Assembly (NCBI GenBank): GCA_965285935.1
Contig: OZ260662.1
Location: forward strand, 78,616,001 to 78,680,000
Direction: 5' to 3'
Origin: Ophelia neglecta
Taxonomy: Eukaryota
Length of the DNA: 64,000 bases
In this document: piece after piece, positions 27,101 to 38,000 of the stretch
Position numbering within the stretch: the first letter of the stretch is position 1
Layout: every line of letters starts with the position of its first letter
Position numbers and translations under genes: made by a program
Notes under the pieces: model-generated
Seen by the model: only the letters and a program-made list of their open reading frames with translations
Databases searched by the model: none
Told to the model about the DNA's origin: nothing

Positions 27101-30100
27101 TTAAAGTACCTGTGATGGTGGGCCACCTGCACTATAGGGTCACTTTTTCCTTGGATTTAGGGGTGGCCCCGCATCGCAGGGACCACTGTACAACTCACAG
27201 AGTTCTTTCCATGCTAAGTGTGATACACACTGTGTTTGATAAAAGCCCTGACAAATCAGGAAGGTGTCCAATCTGTTAATTTCAATGATTTACATTTTAT
27301 GATATGTTTGAGCATTTTTTTAAAACCTATCTCAGTTGTAATTGTTTTGTAAATTAGATCTAAATTGTGAAAATTAATGCTAATTGTTATCTCATTGCAT
27401 AAAAGAATAAGCTATTTACCCTCACTGGCAAACTTAACAATCATTACTATAGCTTTGTGGCCAAATGGAAAGATCATAACTTAAAAAAGCATAATGTACT
27501 TCAATAATATATAAGTATATAAGTATATATCATTTTACCATGAGGTAACATTATAAATACAATAGCCATGTAACGTCTACATGTATGTACAGCTGTACAT
27601 AAGGACATATATGCTGTGAGAGGTAAATGTATGGACATCACAGATCTCTCATGTCATAGAGTGGCCCTACCTAGTAACAAGGGCCATGTAGGCTAGAATG
27701 AGAATGCATGTGTTCTTTAAAATCAATTTCACCACATATATATTCATATTAATGGCCCTTGAAGAAATATGACATTTTTGAGATTTGAGTTCTTGAAGTT
27801 GTCTCCCTTTGCAATACACAAGTAGAAACAATCAGATTTGTCCCTAGACTCACTGCAGCCAAGGGTATATGCATGGTGTTAATTAGACTGGTTATCAGTT
27901 ATTTAATTTAAATATATTTCTTTAAATTACCTATTTCACGCATTACTGTGAGAATTGAAGCTGAGAACATGGCTAGATGTTGTGGACCAATTCTTTCATG
28001 TTGTTGTGTCATAACCTGTGGATGGGGCTTCATCATGCTGGTAGGTTACTCTATTTCTAATCGGACAAGTCAAATATAGGGCTCATTCTACATTGCCAAT
28101 ACCCACCATTTCATCTAATCTACAGATTAATTAATGAATGCTTCTGCTGCAAAAGAAGGGCCAATATGAAAATATATATATGTACAGCATCATCATGAAA
28201 ATTGTGCTAAAAATGTAATGCCTGGGTTGTACACTCACCACTCTGTGAACTATGTTTTTTCCTATTAATTTGCTATTTATGATTGCAGGGCCTTCTTGGT
28301 TTGTTCTTCCAAATACATGCAGTCACATTGTCTACTGACTTACCTGTTGATAATGTTGCTTGGGCTGAAGGTAACTACAACATGACATATATCAACAACC
28401 TAGATGAGGATAATGCTGTGAACTGTTGGATATGTGCAGTGATATATTTCTTCTTCTTCATCATATCTGCAATTTATTGGAGGCTCAATGCCATGGACGC
28501 AAAGAAGACAATCAAATATTATTAAGTGCTTCATGGAAAATTCACGTCATGGGCAGATGTGAGGGCAACCAATATATGGTTCTGTTTAGTTACTGGTCAA
28601 TAATGAAAGATGAATCCAGCACATGCATGATAATGAAGTACAACAGCTATTTGTAGTAGCCTGCCCAAAGACATTTTCTCTAAGCATTTAAAGAATCAGA
28701 CATAGGGAAATATTAACAGTTCAATTTCCAAAAATGACATATAGTATAACTACTGTATGCCTATTCAAAATGTAAAAGCAAATAAAAGTACTGTGTTTGA
28801 TTTAAAGGCATTCAAATCAATTTTGAGGTTCATAATAAGTTTGTATCATTTTACTTAAAATATATATCTTGAAAACTAATGATTTGTCAGAAATATCTGT
28901 TTCCAGTTGATATCATGCTAAGCCATTTAATTTGGTAAAAGTTACTTGGATAATAACTACTAGTTTTAAAAGAGTGATATGTGTTTTGTATCTACTATAG
29001 CGTTAAAGAGAAGTGTACGATCAAGACACCTGATCAACAGTCAGCAAGTGTACAAACTTGTCTTGTTTAATACATGCTCCACATTTAATAACTTTAAAGC
29101 AATACAAATTGATTGCTGTAATATGATACCTGTACTGGTAAAATGTGACTGACTGCTCAAGGCAGTCTTTTAATCTTTGGTCCCATATATCTAAATCAGT
29201 GATTTCAGTTAAAAGAGATTTGCCATTGGCCAAATGGGCTGGCAATTTCAAAAGCTATTCTCCCATAGTAAAAGTTATTCACCCAGGCATAGCAGCCAGT
29301 TCAATTTTCTTTTTAAAGGGTAAGACATTTATACTTACATTAGATCTAATGAAGTATTTAATTAACTCTGATAAAAAATGTTGAAAATTAAAAAACAGTA
29401 CCCAATTAGCTGAAAATTCTACAGGAACAAAGACACATCAAATGGGAACCCCACACACAGAAAAATACTTGGGTATATATACTGCATGAATAAAACTAAA
29501 ATGGCTTGGCCCTTCTTAACAATGTGTAGATTCATGTGGCAACTAAGCAGCTTAGATGTGTTGTGATATATATGGCCATTTTCAAAGCATTCGCCTCCTG
29601 TAAAAAAAAAATCAGCTACATTTAAGCCTAACTCCTTATTGACGAACAAATATAATGTCAAGTGGGCGAATGCCAAGCTTCATCACTGCTAAACAGTCTT
29701 CAGACAAGTCAGTGGTGACAGGTCCTGACCCACTGAAAGCATTCAAATACAGGTGATTTGGGCAAAGTTACTGGTCAGTTTGAGCAGTTGAAAATCCACT
29801 AAAATGAATATGGTAATCCATAATAATATGACCAACAATAAGGTAGTTTTGACCAAGGGGGCATATTAGAGGTCAAAAGATTGTTGGGAAAAAAACTTAT
29901 CTGAAAGACTGATATCATCCACAGCTTCAAATTTCTGCCTCTTAAATTTTCACCTTTGCTCCGTGAAATCTGAGTTCCGATACACATGTGAACTATTAAA
30001 TGGCTTACATACTATTATTCCTGTGGTACCTGGGTAAATTTTTTTAATTACCTTCAATTAAGTTACACTGAAGAATGAATGTCCTATAAAACTTTTTTCC

Positions 30101-31676
30101 CTGTATTGTTATAGAACAGATAAGCAATGAATGTCCCATAAACGTTCCCTTAAATTTCAAAGAACAGATTTCACAGTATGTAGCACTGTGATAAATCACA
30201 CCCAGGGAAAGTGTCAATATTCCTGTCCCTTGTAGCCCACTAAGGGGAAGGGAGTATCAACATTCCTGTCACTTGGTTTGGCTAAATCTCTTTCAGCCCA
30301 CTAAAGCAGCAAGAATTACTATTAACATGTATTTACTTTTAAATCTGACAATAGGAAGGTACGGAAAAAATAAAGTAATGAAGTGTATATAAAAAAGAAA
30401 AGTTCAGCAACTTCCTGAACCCTCACCCAGGTCTAGAAAAGATAGTTTAGGAGTACATGGTAGAGGGCAGTTTACAGCCAAGTCAAATGATAGAAGTGGT
30501 GATGGGGACCAAGTGGAAAAACTGCCAATTCAGTCACCTTGTTTGCTTAAATTAACACAATACTTGAATAAGAGGTGAGGACAGTGGGATCAAAACTGAG
30601 GGGACTGGGCAGAAGACATTGTGGCAAAGTTCATGTAATGCCTAAGTGGGGTAACATGAGGTGAACTACACAATACACAATTGCATTTATTTGAAACTGG
30701 GGTCATTTGGGGTTAAGTTCAGACTTTAAGACAGTTATCTGGGTCTTGGTGTGACACAAGCACATTTTTTGTTATTATTAGACCTGGCATTAAGCCACCA
30801 TTAATTAATGACATTAACTCTCAGAGTAAATAGACTCTGAAACTTTCACTAATTGGTCAACCATTATATATATATATTTAAATTACATGTCTCAAGATGG
30901 AAGTAAATTTAAGTTCCATTTTTGTCAGTTAAAGAGGTGATTTTGTTTTGTTTCACATTGTAGGCCTACACAGGACCATTCTACAAGTGTAACTATGCCT
31001 TTTTTATTTGCCGATTTTATCACAGCTAGTCTTTCACGTACATGTATGTACAACTATGGGGTCGGGTGCAGAGAAAGGAGTAGTGCAAGCCTATAGATAC
31101 AACGATGGATGGGGAGGGTGGTGGGAGAGGGGAGGCATGGACAGGGGTTTGATGGAATGGGTAGGGAAGGGGGTAAAATGGTTGATGTATAGGCAGCAAG
31201 TTTTAGCCCGAGAAAACACTCCAGTGATGCAGCACTATAAAGAGGACATTGGGCCCACTCTCAAAAGCAGGCAACGTGGCAATATGCGTTGAAAGCCACG
31301 TAAAACCCTCAACAACCCACCTAGCTGCACAGTGAAGCACAAGTTCCGATAGCTGTCATTGGAAGGCATGCAGACGTTCTGGTCAACGCCCCCCTAAACC
31401 TCTCTGATTAATAAAAATAATGGCAACCTGATAAATTTGTCCAAATTATAGAGCAACCCGGTGAAAGTTGTCATGTCCCTAAAGGGAATCTGGTCTCTCA
31501 TCCGAAGTGCGGAGGTACTCCAGAGTTTTTGACAAAAAATAAAACAAAAACTCTGCATAGTAGTACACAGTGCAGTGGCCAGGTTACAAAATTATGTTAC
31601 GATTTTCTAGTAAAATGCACATGTAGACCGTACTTACCATCCCTCTAGTGACCGCATTTATACCTCTCCAAAGCAT
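18122..31676 (-). CDS. CRAT: Carnitine O-acetyltransferase, ~631 aa, N-terminal mitochondrial-type leader and C-terminal PTS1 (SKL)
   Basis: Coding exons 31676-31638 (MLWRGINAVTRGM), 23868-23680, 23058-22972, 22737-22619, 22377-22324, 22142-21983, 21563-21392, 21241-21063, 20756-20656, 20473-20354, 20134-20012, 19865-19667, 19374-19237, 18337-18122; phases join to 1896 nt. Motifs LPKLPVPAL, NWLSEWW, NRWADK, catalytic His in YEHSTAEGP, YESGSLRKFKYGRTDTIRSAS, GIDRHL, LSTSQV, PVVPDGYGVCYNP; ends GSKL*. Confidence 0.95.
25087..25241. repeat. Short inverted-repeat (MITE-like) element in the CRAT intron
   Basis: GTGACCCCTATTTCAC ... GTGAAATAGGGGACAC inverted ends; no clear TSD. Confidence 0.45.
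26015..26074 (-). CDS. CRAT: Candidate alternative 5' coding exon of CRAT (MDSGIALQLFVNSLAQRRWL)
   Basis: 60-nt open segment starting at ATG, preceded by TTCATCAG and followed by the donor CTG|GTAAGA; phase 0 matches the acceptor of exon 23868-23680. Confidence 0.55.
27012..27188. mobile_element. Tc1/mariner-pogo-type MITE, 177 bp
   Basis: 24-bp TIR CAGTGGTYCCTGCGATGCRGGGCC (2 mismatches), flanked by TA on both sides. Confidence 0.85.
27969..28525 (+). CDS. RNASEK: RNase kappa / V-ATPase V0 subunit f-like protein, 102 aa, nested antisense in the CRAT intron
   Basis: Exon 27969-28040 MARCCGPILSCCCVITCGWGFIML|GTAGGT and exon 28289-28525 GLLGLFFQIHAVTLSTDLP...NAVNCWICAVIYFFFFIISAIYWRLN...YY*. 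Matches the RNASEK pattern CCGP..WG.IML..LG.FF..H...L..D.P ... NC.I...Y with two TM helices. AATAAA at 28781. Confidence 0.88.
31221..31320 (+). mobile_element. SINE fragment, same family as 15245-15365
   Basis: CCAGTGATGCAGCACTATAAAGAGGACATTGGGCCCACT...GTTGAAAGCCACGTAAAACCCTCAACAACCCAC. Confidence 0.6.
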
Positions 31677-32095
31677 TTTCGTGACTGTGACAGGAGTCTG
31701 AAAGGTAGATTACCTATGTGTTCAACAGTTTAATATATATATTGATACAGTCAGAAAAAGCCAGCCACTCGGACTGTGACCACAACTTCAAGTAGTAAAT
31801 AGATTGATTCATCATGTCCGTGTACTTAGTGAGTAGTAGCAGGCAGAATAATGAACTAGTTTCCTCCTCAGGGCCGGTTTTTATGAGATGTAACAGTTTT
31901 ACCTTGGAATAAATTTGGTCTCTTATTTAACATCTCAATATTTTTTTTACCCTAACCAAAAAGATTAAGAAAAAATCAAATTGATAAAATGAAAAGCTGT
32001 TGTTTATTTTTTAAACAACAAGCATTTTACAGGACTAGATTAAATCTGCCGTAAGTTTGGATAAGGGGCGTCAATGGAATCAGTCTGAAATCAAC
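31677..32095. promoter_or_regulatory. Bidirectional CRAT/PTPA promoter region, including the CRAT 5'UTR exon(s)
   Basis: Divergent ATGs 420 bp apart (31676 -, 32096 +); CRAT acceptor at 31698-31700; candidate CRAT non-coding first-exon donor AAG|GTAAAA at ~31902; YY1-like CAACATGGCCG overlapping the PTPA ATG. Confidence 0.75.
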
Positions 32096-35000
32096 ATGGC
32101 CGAGACTGATGCCGGTAAGTCAATTTTGTTGATACAAAAAGGGTCCTAATTCCCTGATTCCGCATCATTTGCATTAAAAACACGGCCAAGCCCTTTCTTT
32201 TGGCTAAAGTGTTTTACTTTCTTGGCATGTGACTGATTGCCATTGAGGTGTATTCGTTTTTATTTTGTATGTCCTGTGTAGCATTCGGAATTATAGCAGA
32301 ACAATTTTTGTATGCATACTGCAAGTACACAAGTGGCGGTACATACGCTTCTTATCAAATGACTACAGTAGAACAAATGATGATCATCATATAATTATAT
32401 GGTTGCAGTTAAGTATGGAAGCAGTAAACTATAAAAGAATTGGGAAAAGAACAATGTCAAAAACAGAAATGCATCCCACATAAACACACCACATCAGAAA
32501 AACTGAATGATGAAATTTTAAATTTAAAGCAATGTACATGAAAACCTGTTTGAAGATTACAGGCTTCTTAAATAGAATTTTTACAAGCAGCTGACATTTG
32601 TAATGGTATACCATCAACATTCTCATCTCGTCATTTGAAAAAATTATATATTTCTTGAGAAGGCAATAACCGTTTTTCCTGTGATGAGTCACAGTAGGCT
32701 GCCAAACGGTAGCATGTTGCTCTTGGAGGACTTTCACGCTCTGCGACTATGAAGAAGTTCCATGAAAAACTTGTAAAATCCTCGGATTTGGTGCGATCAT
32801 GAACCTCAACTGGCAGAATGAATTGTTTGGTCTCCTTGATAACCTCTTTGTGCCACAGGTACGCGAGGCGTCTATCCCCTACTACCTATAGATAACTAAA
32901 GGTTTGCAACTTCGCTGCTGCAGGGCCCGCAACTTGTCGGTCCAAGCTGTACTTCGCGATATATTCACTCCAGCAGTGATTTTCGGCAGACAATGCCACT
33001 TTCAGGAAATAAAAGTATCACAAAAGCAACTAATTCGAACGTGTGTTCTTTTTGGTCCATAATGAAGCTGTCCCGATTAAAAGTAATCATATCCGAGCTA
33101 CCCATTCATATTTTACCGTGTCTAAGTACGGCTCAAGCCATGGGAGACCGTCCATCTTTGTCAACAAGTCGGCGGCACCGGGCTCGACTCTGATGCGGCC
33201 GCTGATTGGTCAGACTCGTAACTTTAATATTTTTCCAAAATGAAATACTGGTAAATAAACCACTATTTCTTTTCGATGTGTTTGCCGATTCGGAATTTGT
33301 GTGCATAAATACAAAAACATAGAATGGGTAAATATTTTATAATAAGCATTTTATTACTGATCGCCGTGTATCATGGGATCGAACCGCCATCTTGAATGGA
33401 GACCCAACAACAACATTTTACGAACGATTCGGACATTTACCTGTTTACTTGTCTACTCATCTCCCTATTGCAAGGTGAAACTGTGTAAATATTAATACCC
33501 CCCCCCCCCCCTGTTAGAGATCGTATCAATTGCCTGCCCCCCCCCCCCCTCCACACACACACACACACACAGACATTCTGTCGACCTTCGTGTAATAAGT
33601 TGGCCAAAATAGGCTTGATTGATTTGATCAGAATCAATCAAATGAATGAATAGGTTAATTGCAAATAGCTAAGAGACATTGTTGCCCCAGTAGACAGTGA
33701 AACGTCTGAGTGAAACCTGTGACAAACATTAGGTTAACGAGATTGACTTCAACCTAGGTCGACCAATGGGCAATAGGCTATCTATGTACTACGTGGCTGC
33801 TGTATGTGGCGGGCCTGCCTGGTTACGCTCAAGATCGATCTTGACAGGCAAGCAACTTACCATTGATATTTGGCGAAAATTACTGAACGAGTGCCAGAAA
33901 TGGCTCGAAATGGTATTAAAGTGGACTAAAACACACAAAGGGTTCGCATAGATAATCATTGTTTGGAATTTATTGGCAAACATTGTTATGGCAGCCGAGA
34001 AACACGACTTAGACGCGATATCGGTGGCCTAATACTTGGACCGACAAGTTGCTAGTGTAGCGGTGGGGTGTTAACACTGGGCGCACAGCGAAGTTGCAAA
34101 CCTTTAGTTATCTATAGGTAGTAGGGGATAGACGCCTCGCGTACCTGTGCTTTGTGCCCCCATATAGTGAGTGACCACTGCAGGAATGAAGTGTGTCACT
34201 TTACTGAAGTCAAGCTACCAGAAACTAATACCTGATTTTATTTGGACCACAACCACACTGCCCACTAGGGTACAGGCCAACATTATCAGTTAAAGTCTAG
34301 GAATGTATCATAGGGTGGGGAGGTGGTGTATCTTAAATACGCAAACATCCCAAACCCACTGGATTTTGGGGCAAAACGCATCAGTATTGGTGCCACAGTT
34401 GTTTTTTAATAACTTGCTGAGCGCTGGGTGTACCAATTATTAGCAAAAAATCGAGCTAACTTGTTCGCCCGTTCTCCGGTGTTTACGTTTGATCGCGTCC
34501 ATGACACCTGCACATCACATGCCCTCTGGTGGCCATCGCCCCGAACACCGGAGAACAGGTAAGCTTAGTTTTTTTGCTACTAAATGGTTCTATTGCTCAG
34601 CAAGTTATTCAATCCTGATGCATTTCGCCCCAAAACTTTGCTATTTCAGCGTGGTTTGGGTAATTATCCAGTGAGTTTGGGTGGGTTTGGGACAGTTGCG
34701 CATTTTAGATCTTACAGCACCCTAAATAACCTGTCATGCCGATGGCTAATTAGCATGTTTGGTTTGAAGCTTTCAACAATCACTGTACCAATAATTCAAT
34801 AATTGGAGTGCATGTAGATTTGCTTTGTAATATCATTTCTCTTGATTTCAGTGGCTGTTAATAAATTCATGTATTATGTACTAGTTGATGCTAATAGGTA
34901 ACAATATTATATTTACTGGAGCTCAGGTTAAATCAGCCATGAACAGTGAAGTACTCTTACCGATTGTATTTCACTGATCTTTGAACATGCATACTGGAAC

Positions 35001-38000
35001 AGAAGTGCAATGACATCATCATTGCAAACCACTTGATTATGACCATTATGTGCCTTTTGGATCATTCAATTTAGAGAGATCATAGATACAAATGCAGTTA
35101 AATATAAAGGAAAACTAGATAGACATAGGACTGATGTAATCTTTCACCTTGTGCCATTCATGTGTGCCTAGTAAAATTGAGTGACACTCAAGGCATTACT
35201 GTGCCAAACCACATAAAACGTATAGGGAATAACTTGATAATACCCATAAACTATATTCATCATCTGTCAATTATTATGTTAGAGCCAGATGAATTGGTAC
35301 AGTGCTAGTAATGAATGGGTTATCAATAATTATCATTATCAATAATGTTCTAGAAGATTATTGATAATGTTCAGCAGACAGTTGTCTAGTCACTGTCTGG
35401 CTTGACTGTCTGGCACAATCTGTGACTGCCTGACTGCATACCTGTGAATATGTATAGCACAGGTCCCGATGGTGCTGTGCTACACAGTATATGGTTTTTC
35501 ACCTGGTCTGACAGTTCTGCCTATTAGAAAGAGACAATCATTGCCAACAAATAGTAAGATATTATAGTCATATAATACAAATATTTATTTTGCTTGATAT
35601 TAACAAGAAATGGATAGGCCCATTAATCTCATTTAAAATGTGTTAATTAAATTCATGGCCAGGGCCCCGCCTGTTTAAAGCAGGACCATATCAAGCATAC
35701 ACCTAGCCTTACTTGTGGACACAGGTTCACTGCATAATTAATTTTGTACATCAAATCACTAGGCCTGTTTATCAGTCTATTTATTGCCAGACGAGTGTCC
35801 AGCGAATGACCACCTAGGGGCGGAGCAGACAGTGTCTGCAGCACAGTCTAGGATTTTGGTCACATTGGCCAACTGTCTGGTTTATAATTATTCCAACAAA
35901 ATCTATTTAAACGTTTATACTAAGGGCCTAAACCATTTGCTCTCCGAATCCATCCGGACATATCCGGAGAGGAAAAATGTCATTCTATTTATTCCGGAGA
36001 GCTCTCCGGATCAGTCCGCAGTAAATAGAATACAGGCGGAGAGCTCTCCGGACCAGTCCGGGCGCTCCGTCTGGACAGGTGGGTCTATGCGGAGAGTTTA
36101 CCCAGAAGACACCATTATCCAGATATTTAGTGAAATGATAACCGCCGATATTTGAGCATCGAATTTTAGACATGATGTTAAGATTGATATTTTATGTGGA
36201 AAATTACTGTCATTAGTCAAGAAGTATATAAAATAACAAATGCAAATTTATTCCTGAAGATAGTGTTTATTCTAATTTCCGACGATTCGTTTCTGAAACA
36301 GTTTCTGAGCGATAAATGAAGGCTCTCCGAACCTATTCCATTTGCAACCTCTCCGGCGGAGAGGCGGAGAGCTCTCCGTGGAGAGCAAAATTTCCCAAAT
36401 GGAATAGACCCTAAGTGAGAAGTGTTCTCGGCTCCCGGGTCATTCCTGAATAACCCTGGAGCCTCGAACAAGTTATCTCTCACGAAGTAAGGGGCATTGA
36501 CTTTAACAATACTGCTGCAACATGGCAGATAGGGCAATTAGTCATTTCCTACATATGTCATATTTTGGCAAACACAGTTTTCCTGTCCTAACTGCATTTA
36601 AACACAGGATATTGAATATTAATGAATAGAGAGTTCTTAGACCCCAGCATTCAGAAGTTTAATGCAGGATTTTATTTATGTGTCCGTCAATCCCACAATC
36701 CACCACCCCAGATCTATCTCTGAATGCATCCTGCAATCTGGGGATTGATGGATTTTTAACTTTGATAAAGGTTTGCATCACCTGTGAATATTAAATAAAC
36801 ATGCGCCTTTAGTGCATTCTCAAAATTATATTTTCATGGTTTGATAATTAAGGCTTCAACTATGATAAATGAATTATAATATGAATAAATTGTATTATTA
36901 AAGCTAATTCTGAATAAGCATCAAACTATGTTTGTCATGTTTTTCATATTGCAACTAAGTAGTGTACTAGAATATAGATATACAACTGTTTATTTTACAT
37001 TTATTTTACTATTTTCTTTGATTTGATATAGCTCCCGCTGAAGTGGCTATTATTGGAATCAATTTGGAGATGCACGAGTTTGTAAAACCCAAAAAGGAAA
37101 TATCACTCCCTGAAGATATTGCCAAGTGGGAAGCATCTGAAGTAGGTTCCCCAAATGAATGAATGTTTAAACTTCTACTGATATCAAGAAATGTCTTGCA
37201 CCATAATACACATATTTGGCTATCTTTAAAAATAATTAACAAGTAATTACTATAATGTTTATGTTAAGCAGTTCAGTGAAAAATTGTTATTACTAGGAAA
37301 TACATGAAACCCTCTGCTGCCTGTGGCAACTGGTACCAGACTTATACAATATTGCATATATACAATTTTGCATACAGGCATACAGAGACTTGTTGGGGTT
37401 TATTGGTGCTATGAGTGATGCTGTCAAAAATACAAAGCTGACTGACCCTTGTTATGAATCACCGGTAAGCTTTTTTTATCATGATATAAATTTTCATTTG
37501 CAACGGAACAAGAAATATGATGATGTTGGCATTGTATCATGCAATGGAAATTGAGGGGCATCAGTGAGCCCTATGGTGTCTGATATGCTGTACACAATAA
37601 CTTTGTGGCCCAGTCTGTACAGATTGATGCATGTACATGAATGTCAAGATTATGTGGTGATATAGTGGAGAGGACTATGACTGTGGGTAGTGTAAGGAGG
37701 CTGACATAGTATTGTAAAAACCACAATGATTCTAATCTAAAAGGTTTTTTTTTTCTGAAAATTTCTCTTTAGCCAATTTTGGCGATAAACTTTTAACAGG
37801 AATTTTTCACTTGAGCAACTCAGTTTTAAATTTTAAAGTTAAAACTCTGAAATGATCACTGGAACTGTGTTCATCAATATAATGTTTTTCTCGCAGCTAG
37901 TGAAGAACTTAATAGCACTAATCGACACTCTTGCCACTTGGATTGAAGAGTTTCCCCCTCTAGAACAGCCCCAAAGGTTTGGGAACAAAGCATACAGGGA

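Noticed and set aside
29612-29686. C/D-box snoRNA-like GTGATGA...CTGA on the minus strand
   Set aside because: No terminal stem and no convincing rRNA/snRNA antisense element recognised.
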